Shown: in pieces, positions 16,968 to 28,900 of the stretch
Layout: each line of letters starts with the position of its first letter
Numbering within the stretch: position 1 is the stretch's first letter
Origin: Microcystis aeruginosa NIES-2549
GTDB lineage: Bacteria; Cyanobacteriota; Cyanobacteriia; Cyanobacteriales; Microcystaceae
Assembly (NCBI RefSeq): GCF_000981785.2
Contig: NZ_CP011304.1
Coordinates: 780,001 to 812,000, forward strand
Direction of reading: 5' to 3'
Length of the DNA: 32,000 bases
Notes under the pieces: model-generated
Database searches by the model: none
Told to the model about the DNA's origin: nothing
What the model saw: only the letters and a program-made list of their open reading frames with translations
Program-made: the position numbers and the translations under genes

Positions 16968-19900
16968 AATGGTAATTGGCAAGTTGGTGGACTCTACGGC
17001 GGTGCTGGAAATGACACTTTAGATGGAGGCGATGGGGATGATTATCTAGACCCTGGTGAAGGTATTGATAGTGTGATTGGGGGTGCAGGAAATGACCAAG
17101 TTCTTCTCAACTACAGCAGTGACACCAATAGCTTAACTATCAACTACACCGATGCTAACAATGGTACGGTTTCCAATGGAGAAACCATCAAAGAAATTGA
17201 AAGTTTCAATTTGTATTTGGGGAGTGGGAACGATACGGTCAATCTAAGTGCAGCGACTGGGGTAATCTATGCTGAAGGCGGCTTAGGTAACGATAACATC
17301 ACTGGTGGTAAGGCTTACGACAATCTACATGGGGGAGAAGGAAATGATACCTTAGACGGGGGAGATGGACGTGATGGACTTTATGGAGAAGAGGGAGACG
17401 ACTATCTCCAAGGGGGAACAGATAATGATAACCCTGACTACTGGAATGGTAATTGGCAAGTTGGTGGACTCTACGGCGGTGCTGGAAATGACACTTTAGA
17501 TGGAGGCGATGGGGATGATTATCTAGACCCTGGTGAAGGTATTGATAGTGTGATTGGGGGTGCAGGAAATGACCAAGTTCTTCTCAACTACAGCAGTGAC
17601 ACCAATAGCTTAACTATCAACTACACCGATGCTAACAATGGTACGGTTTCCAATGGAGAAACCATCAAAGAAATTGAAAGTTTCAATTTGTATTTGGGGA
17701 GTGGTAACGATACGGTCAATCTAAGTGCAGCGACTGGGGTAATCTATGCTGAAGGCGGCTTAGGTAACGATAACATCACTGGTGGTAAGGCTTACGACAA
17801 TCTACATGGTGAAGCCGGAAATGATACCTTAGACCCCGGACTCGGTAGCGACTACGCCGACGGAGGCACCGAAACCGACACCCTGAAAGTTGACTACTTC
17901 TCCTTAAGTACCAATATCACCTCTACAGTGCCTAATAATGGCGGTGGTACTATCTCCACCACTGGAAACTCTGTAAATTACGTCAATATCGAAAAATTTG
18001 ACATAACCACAGGTAGTGGTAACGATAACCTCATCGGTGGCAACCTTGACGATACCTTAAAGGGAGGCGCAGGAGATGACATCCTTAACGGTGGTACAGG
18101 TGTTGACATCCTTCAAGGAGGGGTAGGAGATGATTCCTACATCATTGATGAACTAGGGGACACCATTAATGAAAATGCAAGCGAAGGTAAAGACCTCATT
18201 CAAGCCTCTGTTTCCTATAGCATTGAAACCATCGCTAACGTTGAAAATATCACTCTCACAGGCACAAATAACCTCAGCGCGACAGGTAACAGCCTTAACA
18301 ATACCCTCACAGGTAACAGTGGCAATAATACCCTTACTGGTAATGCTGGTAATGACACCTTAGAAGGGGGGGCCGGGAATGACTCCCTAAATGGTGGGGA
18401 TGGTAATGACAGGTTAATAGGGGTTAACTCCACTGCTGCTACTCCCGGAGTTGGTGAAATTGATACATTAGAAGGGGGAACAGGTGCAGACCGTTTTATC
18501 TTAGGAGATGCAACCAAAGCCTACTATGATGATGGTAATACTAGCGCTAATGGCACGGCTGATTATGCTCTAATTAAGAACTTTAATATCAATGAGGATA
18601 AGATTCAATTATCGGGGGCAAAGAGTAACTATATTCTGGCTAATTCTCCCATTACCGGAGTTTCAGGAACAGGAATATTTCTGGATAAACCAGTGACAGA
18701 ACCCGATGAATTAATTGCCGTTGTTGAAGGAGTAACAGGATTAGATATTAATGGTAATGCTTTTGGCTCAATTCTCACATTACTAAATGATAATTTTAAT
18801 AGTGAAAGAGGGGGTTCTGGGACATTAAATTATACGGATTTAATCAATTGGAGTATCACCAATGGTAGTGTTGATTTAATTGGTAATGGTTACATTGATT
18901 TGCAGCCAGGCAATGGTTTGTATTTAGATTTAGATGGTTCGACTAGGAATGCTGCCCGACTAGAATCTAAACAAACGTTTAATTTTAACAGTGGCGAACT
19001 TGTTACCTTACAGTTTTCTTTAGCCAATAATGGTTCAGCTACCAACTCGGCTACAGTTTCTTTAGGTAATTTATTTAGTGAGATTTTTTCCTTAACTGGT
19101 TCTCCTCCTTTTACAACCTTTACTCGTAGTTTCCAAATTAATAATTCTTCTAGTGGCAAACTTATCTTTGATCATGCAGGAGGAGATAATTTAGGATTAT
19201 TACTGGATAACGTAATCTTAACTTCTGAAACTGGAAATGCTCAATCACCCGGTACTTTATCATTTAATACCGCCACCTACAGCGTCAACGAAAACGGCAC
19301 AGCAAATATAATCATAAATCGTACAGGAGGAAGTGACGGTACAGTTAGCGCAACCATTACCTATATAGGGGGTACAGCAACCGCACCATCTGACTACACT
19401 AATACCCCCATTACCGTTAATTTTGCTGATGGGGAAAACAGCAAAACCGTCACCATTCCCATTGTTAATGATAGTAACTTTGAACCTAACGAAACCGTTA
19501 ACCTAGCCTTAACCAACCCCACCAACGGCGCAACCATTGGCACACAAGCAACAGCTAATCTAACCATTATTGACAATGATTCCCCAATTCCGGGAGTATT
19601 AGCCTTTGATCGTTCTACTTATACCATTAATGAAGACGGTACACCTGTTATTGCTGTCGAAGTAGTTCGGACAGGGGGAAGTGATCTCGAAGTTAGTGTT
19701 ACTTTAACTCCTAGTAATGGAACGGCGATCGCCGCTGATGACTACACAAACACCCCCATTACTGTCACTTTTGCCGATAAAGAAACCAGTAAAACTGTTA
19801 CCATTCCTATCAATAATGACACCGTTTATGAACCTACAGAAACCGTTAACCTGACCCTATCTAACCCCACCAATGGCGCAACATTAGGAACACAACAAAC

Positions 19901-22900
19901 AGCCGTTTTAAACATCATTGATAACGATGCTGTGCCGGGTGTTTTAGCCTTCTCTCAAGCTAATTACAGTATTAATGAAGACGGAACTACTGTAATAGCT
20001 GTTACAGTTAATCGTACCAATGGAAGTGATGAATCAGTCAGTGCTACCATTAGCTTAAGTGATGGTACAGCTACCCGTCCCGAAGACTATACTAATACCT
20101 CAGTTACCGTTAATTTTGCCAACGGTGAAACCAGTAAAACTGTTACTATTCCTGTCGTTAATGATGGGGTATTTGAACCCAATGAAACCATTAATTTAAC
20201 TTTAATTAATCCTACTAATGGCGCAACTATTGGCACCCAAAATACAGCCACTTTAACCATTATTGATAATGATACTTTACCCGGAATAATAGGCTTTAGT
20301 GGTGCTAATTTTACTGTTAATGAAGACGGTACACCTATTACCCAAGTTACCCTGACTCGTACAGGCGGAAGTAATGGCGAAGTTAGCGTTACTTTAACTC
20401 CCGATGGTGGTACAGCAACCGCAGGAAGTGACTACAACAACACCCCCATAACTGTCACCTTTGCTAACGGAGAAACCAGTAAAACTGTTACTATTCCTAT
20501 CAATAATGATACAGTTTATGAACCTACAGAAACCGTCAACTTAACTCTATCTAGTCCTACAGGTGGCGCAACATTAGGAACCCAAACAACAGCAGTTTTA
20601 AACATCATTGATAATGATGCCGTAGCAGGTGTCTTATCCTTCAGTAATGCCACTTATAATATTAATGAAAATGGCACACCTGTCACCCAAGTTACCATTA
20701 ACCGGACTGGGGGAAGTGATGGCGCTGTTAGTGCTACTGTCACCCTAAGCAACGGTACAGCAACAGCCGGAAGTGATTATGTTGCGAACCCTATCACGGT
20801 TAATTTTGCCAACGGAGAAACCAGTAAAACTGTTACTATTCCCATCATCAATGATACTGTTCTAGAAAATACCGAAACCATCAACTTAACCCTAACTAAC
20901 CTTACTGGAGGAGCAACAATTAATGATGCACAAAAGAGCGCAATTGTCAACATTTTAGATGATGATTTTAAACCCACTTTAACGGTTAATATTAATCCCC
21001 AACAGGTCAACGAAGGTAACACGATTCAGGGAACTGTCACCCGTAATACAGACACCACCCAACCCTTAACAGTCACCTTAGTTAATAGTGAAAATAGTCA
21101 AATTACTGTACCTACAACTGTTACTATTCCAGTAGGTGCAACTTCGGCTAATTTTAACATCACTGCGGTAGATGACACCTTAATCGAACTGCCAAAAAAT
21201 TATACTATAATTGCTTCTGCTGCTGGGTTTGTTAGTAGTTCTAATACTGTTGCTGTCACTGATAATGATGGGGTAAATTTAACTCTCACCATCTCAGGGG
21301 GGATCTCCGAGAATGGTGGTAAAATTTTAGCAACTGTCACCCGTAACATTGTTACCAATACTCCCCTAGAAGTTCAACTCAGTAGTAGCGACACCACCGA
21401 AGCAACCACACCCCAAACCGTCATTATTCCAGCGAATCAAGCATCTGTCACCTTTGAAATTCAAGGGGTTGATGACACCATTTTAGATGGAAATCAACTC
21501 GTTATAATTACCGCTAAACCGACCTATACAGGGACAAATTTAGCCATAGACGCAGGACAAGCAACCGCTAACCTAAATGTCACCGATAATGAAAGTCCCA
21601 GTCTCACCCTCACCCTCGATAAAAACATTATTAGTGAGACAGGAACCGCAACCGCTACCATTACTCGTAATACTGCGACAACAGAAGCATTAACTGTCAC
21701 CCTCACCAGTGGTGATACTACCGAAGCAACTGTACCCAATACCGTTACTATTCCTGTCGGACAAACCTCGGCTACTTTTATTGTCACTGGGGTTAATGAT
21801 GGAGTTAATGATGGTATTCAAAGTGTCACCCTCACCGCAACTGCAAACGGGTTTAATAGTGGGGTAAAAACCATCGAGGTTAGTGATATTGATGTACCAG
21901 ATTTACAGATTACTAACTTAGCACCAACAACTAACCCCATTTATACGGGTAAACAGTCTTATTTAACCTATAAAGTCGAAAATAAAGGTTTAGCTCCTGC
22001 TTCGGGAACTTGGACAGATAAGGTTTATCTTTCTACAGATAATAAACTTGATAGTAGTGATAGTCTAATTACTGAAACTACTTTCACCCCTAATATTCCT
22101 TTTAATTCCTTCTATGAGCGTAATATTCCCTTCTTTGCGCCGAGAAATGCGGGACAATACTATTTAATTGCCACCACAGATGCTAATAATACTGTTAATG
22201 AGGGTACAGGGTTAGGGGAACAGAATAACACGGTTATTACTCCCATTACGGTGATACCTGCTTATAAAGCTACGGTTTACACTGATACGGTAATTGGTAC
22301 AAATGGACAAGCGGTAACATTACGGGGAAGTGCGGTTAATAATGCCGATAATTCCCCTGTACCTTTTGAATTTGTCACCATCAGGATTGAAAATAACGGC
22401 ACAATTCGGGAATTAAGCGCGTTTACCGATGGAAATGGTAACTTTGTTAAGAGTTTTAACCCCTTACCCACCGAAGGGGGACAATATAACATTAATGCTT
22501 ATTTCCCCAATAATCCCACCGAAGACACCGCACCGGAAGACAGTTTTAAGCTGTTGGGGATGAAATTTAATACCAGTCAAGTCACTAATAAAGTCATTGC
22601 AAATACTCCCTTTACAGGTACGGTGACGCTGGAAAATATTACTAATATGGGGATAACGGGAATTACTGCAACCGTTGATAGTGTAGTACCCGGTTGGAAT
22701 GTGCAGGTAAATACTCCCCAAAATTTAGCAGGTTCGGGGAATAATACCCTTAGTTATACCATTACTGCACCGAATGACTCTTATATCACTCAAGATACTT
22801 TTAATATCAAGCTTACCAGTACCGAAGGTGCAACGGCGGTATTACCTGTTAATGTTAATTTAGAGCGTATTGTCCCCCGTTTAGTCGCTTCGACTAATTT

Positions 22901-25900
22901 AGTCAGTGGTGGAATGTTACGGGGTAATCAAACCGTTGTCGAGTTTCAGGTAACAAATGAAGGGGGAGGAATTGCTCAAAATATTGAGGTAGAGTTACCT
23001 AATGAACCTTGGTTAAAGTTAGCTTCTCCTGCGACTATTTCCGCATTAAAGCCGGGGGAATCGACAAAAGTTACTTTATTATTAACCCCTGATGCTAATT
23101 TACCGTTAACGGAATATTTCGGTAATTTCTTCTTAGATGCGGAAGGGAATGATGGAGATTTATCTGTTAATTATAATTTCCGAGCGATAAGTGAAGCGAA
23201 AGGTAATATACGGATTAATACCGTTAATGAATTATTCTACTTTGCTGAAGGTTCGCCGAAGTTAGCAGGTGCAACGGTGACATTACGGGATTATTTCACT
23301 AATGAAGTAATCGCTACGGCGGTGACAGATAATACGGGATTAATTAACCTGTCTAATATCAATGAGGGTTATTACAATTTAGAAATTAAAGCAGATAGAC
23401 ATGATACTTTCCGTCAGATTATCCAATTAGATGCAGGGGAAACGGAGAATATTAACGCCTTTTTATCCCGTAATACGGTGCAATATAACTGGACAGTTAC
23501 ACCGACAGAAATTGAGGATAAATATAATATTACAGTTGAGAGTGTTTTTGAGACAGATGTACCCATTCCTACAGTAGTAATTGATCCCCCGTTAATTGAT
23601 TTAGAAGGGTTAGATGTAGTCGGTCAAGTCATGCAAGTGGATATGACTTTGACTAATCATGGTTTAATTGCCGCCAATGATCTTAAGTTTAGTTTTAGCG
23701 ATCATCCTTTCTATAAAATTGAACCTCTGATTAATAATATTGAGTCATTAGGGGCAAAAAGTTCCTTAACTGTACCTGTCAGAATTACTCGTATTGCTGA
23801 TGAGAATACGGTCTTAAATAGTAGTAGTCAACTGTCATTACAAAGTAGTGGCGATTTGGTAACTTTATCTTCAGGTGGGGGTTGTGGGATTTCGGGATCT
23901 GTCGGTTATTCCTATTCTTGTGGGGGTCAAGATGTTGGTAAATCGGCAGGTATTGGGTTTAATAATGTAGCAGGTTCTGGTGGTAGTTGTGGTGGACCTT
24001 GGAATCCTCAAGGTGGTGGTAGTGGTGGTGCTGGTGGTAGTAGTAGTAGTAGTAGTGTTGCTACTTCTTCGGGGGATTGTAATCCTTGTCTCGAAAATTG
24101 GAAGAAAATACTATTAGGTTGCGGTTTAGCCATTAGAACTTGTGTTACTAAGGCTAATCCAATCTTTGCTTGCCTTGCTTATGTTGGATCGTGCATATAT
24201 GACCATGAAAGTGCCAAAGGAATCGTAAATTGTATTACTGGCTGGATTGGTTGTATTCCAGGTGCAGGGGGAGCATTATGTGTATACAAAATCAATTTCT
24301 GTTTGATTGACATTTTAACTTGTGGGGAATTTGGTTCTCCAGTTCATAATTTATCTACAGATAATTTACACATAGCTAATTCTCAGGTATCAATCATTGG
24401 TGAAATTAGCAAATATAAAAACAGAATAGACAAAATAATCAATTTTTATACTGCTTTTTTCGGCGACGATATATGGCTACAAGGTGAAAACGAAGAAAGT
24501 ATCAACAATTGGCTCACAAGTTTCTTGGATAAAATTGGAGAGTCTAGTGAAGACAGTTTGAAAATTTCTGTTGCAGAACGCAATTCTTTGCTCAACATAC
24601 AACTTCCTGATAAAGTTACAAGAACAGATGTTGACAAATTTATAGAAAGATGGAATCGTTCAATAGACTACTGGAATAACGGGATTTTTAACCTAGCAGA
24701 TGTACCTAATGGACAAAGTAATAATTTTATCGCAATTGATGTTTTAGGAAATGCTGCCAATGCAGTAAATCAAGCTGTAGAACAGTCTCAAGCAGAAGGT
24801 TTTTCAAATATGCTTGAAGGTGCTGAATTTTATGTAGAAGAACTAGGGAATATTTTAGGAATTAGTAATACTATTGGTATCACAAACTCATCTATCAATG
24901 AAAGTGCTACCAATAACAATGAATTAGTAATAGCTCCTTTAGCCAATGGAATCGGTAGCGTTTGCGCTCAAGTCCGTATCACCATCGACCAAGAAGCGGT
25001 AATGACTCGTTCCGCATTCCTTGGAACTCTCGAAATAGACAACGGCAACCCCACCAACCTAACCAACCTCTCCATTACCCTGCAAATTACCGACCAAAAC
25101 GGCAACATAGTTAACAACCTCTTTGGTATTACTAACCCCACCCTGAAAAACATCACCGCAGTAGATGGTACAGGTATCCTCATCGGCGATGACCCCAATA
25201 CTCCCCAAAATGAAGGGTTAGGTAGTGCAGAATGGACATTTATCCCCACTAACCTCGCCGCACCCCAAACCGCTACCACTTACAACATCGGCGGTACTCT
25301 TTCCTACACCGAAAACGGACAAGTTATCAACGTCCCCTTACTTTCTACAGGTATCACCGTCTTACCCCAAGCGGAATTATACCTAGATTACTTCCAATCC
25401 CGTAACGTCTATGGCGATGATCCCTTTACCGATGCTACCGAAGTATCCGTACCCTTCGATCTCGCCGTCTTAGTCCAAAACAAAGGTTATGGGGACGCTA
25501 AAAACCTCAATATTACCTCATCTCAGCCCAAAATCATCGAAAATGAAAAGGGCTTACTGATTGACTTTAATATCATAGGTTCTCAACTCAACGGACAAGA
25601 CGTTAACCCCTCCCTTAAGGTCAACTTTGGGGACATCAAAGCCGGAGAAACCGCCGTTGCTAACTGGTTACTCAAGTCCACCCTACAGGGTAAATTCATT
25701 GAATACAAAGCCACCTTTGAACATATCAACGGACTGGGTAACAAAGAACTATCCTTAATCAAAGAAGTCAAAATCCATGAATTAATCAGTAAAGTCAAAG
25801 CAGACAGCGATAACCTGCCTGATTTCTTGGTTAATGATGTATTTGATGCCAAATTCTACCCCGATACCCTCTACTTTAGTAATGGTACTACTGCACCCGT

Positions 25901-28900
25901 CACCGCCATTGACACAGCCACCGTTGACGCACCCGTTACCATTTTCGATTTAGAGGCACAAATCATATCCCCCCCTTATCAAGGGGGGTTAGGGGGGATC
26001 GAACCGCCTCAAGGCTGGAATTACATCCGTTTAGAAGATCCTGCTAACGGACAATTCCAAATTAAACAGCTATTACGTTCTGATGGAACAGCGATCGCCC
26101 TAGATAACATCTGGCGCACAGATCGCACTTTCCCTGCTACAGGTCGCCCTAAATATGAAAATATATTACATTTTCTTGACAAAGACAGCACGGGCAGCTA
26201 CACAATCACCTACGATAGTAACGACTCCGCATCGCCTCAAGTGCGAGAAATCATTGACGTTAGCCCAAATCCCCGTAATATTCCCGTTAATAACTTAACT
26301 GTTGTCTTTAGCGAGCCAATACGCGCTAATAGCTTCGATTATCAAGACCTTACCTTAACCCTTGATAACGGTGCCAACTTAATCACCAATGGGGTGACAA
26401 TCAGCCAAATTGACCCCATAACCTTCCAAATTAACAACTTAACCGGTATTACGGGTAATATTGGACAATATCAACTCAGTGTTAATGCGACAGGTATCCA
26501 AGACTTAGCGGGTAACGCCGGAGCCGGTATTGTTAACGAAAACTGGACATTTACAGGAGATAAACCCGGTATTGATTCAATTACTGGCTTTAACTCTACT
26601 TTAATTAACACTGCTGTTGATACCTTTGATGTCACCTTTACCGAGGCGATTATTCCCAATAGCTTCGACTATACCGACATCACCCTAAGACGCAACAATG
26701 GCGCAAGCTTAGTTAACAATACCGTTACCATTACCCAAATTGACGCTACAACCTTCCGAGTCAGCAATTTTGCCCAATTTACTAACATTGAGGGAGATTA
26801 TCAACTCTTAGTCACCGCTAATGGTGTCCAAGATACCGATAATAACAACGGTGTCGGGGGTAAAGGGTTTAACTGGGTACTGGATAACACTATTCCTACC
26901 CTTACCAGTATCACTAATGTCACCAGTCCTCGTAATACCGCAGTTAGTAGCCTAGAAATCAGCTTTTCTGAAGCAATAAAACCTGATACCCTTGATATTA
27001 ATGATTTAACCCTTACCCGTGATGGTAGTGTTAATTTAATTACCAATAGCGTCACCCTAGAAAAACGCAATGAAACCACCTACACCATCAAAGGGTTAAG
27101 CGGACTGCAAACTGATAACGGTATTTATACCCTCACCGTTAATGGTACAGGGATCAAAGATACTGCAGGGAATAGTGTTAGCAACTCCTTAAGCCAAAAT
27201 TGGACATTAGACCGCATTCTGCCGAGTATTCCCACAAATATCCAAGTTAGTGCTACTCCCACATCCCAACTACAAACCACCTCACTAGGCATTCTTAACC
27301 AATTCGGACAATTCCGAGTTAATAGTCAAAATATCACCATTACAGGCAATTTAGCCGAATCTAACCTGAAAGTATATATCAAAGACCTAACCACTAACCA
27401 AGACTTGGGACAAGCAACAGTTACAGGTACTCAATTTACTGGTAATATCCAACTTCCCTCACCTGGCGCAAAAGATATAGAAATCCGGGTAGAAGATACC
27501 GCAGGAAACACCACCAATACAACCTTAAGTCTATTTGCAGACATCACCCAACCAGTCCTTACCCAATTTATCAACGTTCCCCCCTCAACCGCCAATCCCA
27601 TCAACAGTATTGATGTTCAGTTTTCTGAAACTATTAACCTCAATACCTTTGATAAAAGTGATATTACCTTAACCCGTAATGGTGTCACCCTAACCCTTCC
27701 TAATACCGTAACCGTTGAATATCTCTCTGATACAACCTACCGCATTAACGGATTAGGCGACTTAACCAACACCCCCGGTATCTATAGCTTACAGGTTGAC
27801 GCAACCACCATCCAAGACAACGCCGGAAATAGCGGAGACGCAGCCAAAACCACCAGCTTTACCATTACTCCTCCTCCCACCCCAGGAGTCACTTTAACCC
27901 AAACTGGGGGTAATACCACCGTCACCGAAGGAGGTAACACCGATACTTACTCTCTCGTCCTCAAAACCCAACCCACTGCTGATGTCACCATTACCCTAAC
28001 CAGTAACAATCAAATCACCCTCAATTCAACTAGCCTTACCTTCACTACAACCAACTGGAACACTCCCCAAAACGTCACCATTACCGCAGTAGATGACACC
28101 CTAACAGAAGGAAATCATACTGCTACCATTACCCACAATGTCAGCAGTACAGATACCAACTACAACGGGTTAACCCTTCCTAATGTTAATGTCAATATTC
28201 AAGACAACGACGCTGAAATAAAAGGCAATATTTGGAATGATATTGATGGCAATGCCGTTAATAACAACGAACCCAGTTTATCAGGCTGGACAGTCTATTT
28301 AGATGCTAACAATAATGGGCAACTTGACACAGGAGAAACCACAACCCAAACCGATGTTAATGGTAACTACACCTTTAATAATCTACGCCCCAGAACCTAT
28401 ACTGTTGCCCAAATTGTCCAAGAGGGTTGGCAACAAACCTATCCTATTCTGAATATCACAACTACCGCCTCTGAGGTTGCGTTAGCCATTCCTACTTTAG
28501 ACTTTATCACTGCCTCTGAATCTAGCTTAATTAACTTTAATCGTGCTAATTATCTTGTTCAAGAAGATGGCACTCCAGTTACAGAGTTTTGGCTAACACG
28601 CACGGGCGATGTGTCTAATTCAGTAACTGTGACACTCAACCTTTTAGATAGCACAGCTAAAGGTTGTAGTTGTGCCGCTAGTTCTGTCAATAATGATTTT
28701 AATAATGTTTCCTTTACCCTTACCTTTGCAGAGAATGAAACTAATAAACTAATTACGGTTCAAAATGCGATTCTCGGTAATCCCAACGCAATTAAGATTC
28801 GCAATGATAGCAAAGTGGAAGGCAATGAAACCTTTACCATTAAGCTCACTAACCCCACAGGGGGAGCAGTTATCGGGGAGCAAGGAACAGCAACGGTCAC

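Larger units (their letters stand above)
15344..17810 (+). repeat. 477-bp (159-codon) coding tandem repeat: unit 1 at 15344-15820, unit 2 at 16971-17447, partial unit 3 at 17448 to ~17810. The IS lies at the unit 1/2 junction.
   Basis: Units start GGTAATTGGC(G/A)AGTTGGTGGACTCTACGGCGGTGCTGGAAATGAC. The spacing 17448-16971 is 477. Only a handful of substitutions were seen by eye. 15231-15343 also repeats the 3' end of the unit. Confidence 0.9.

Noticed and set aside
18169-18363. + strand 64-aa ORF, and similarly 28978..29253 (91 aa)
   Set aside because: Both are out of frame relative to the giant ORF, which has clear RTX and S8 signatures at those positions. Their translations have no recognisable features.
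24960-24990. SVCAQV, considered as a possible thioester (Cys-Gln) motif like those in thioester-domain adhesins or alpha-2-macroglobulins
   Set aside because: It matches neither the GCGEQ nor the typical TED C-x-x-Q context closely enough to claim from sequence alone. It is mentioned only as something a structure prediction could test.
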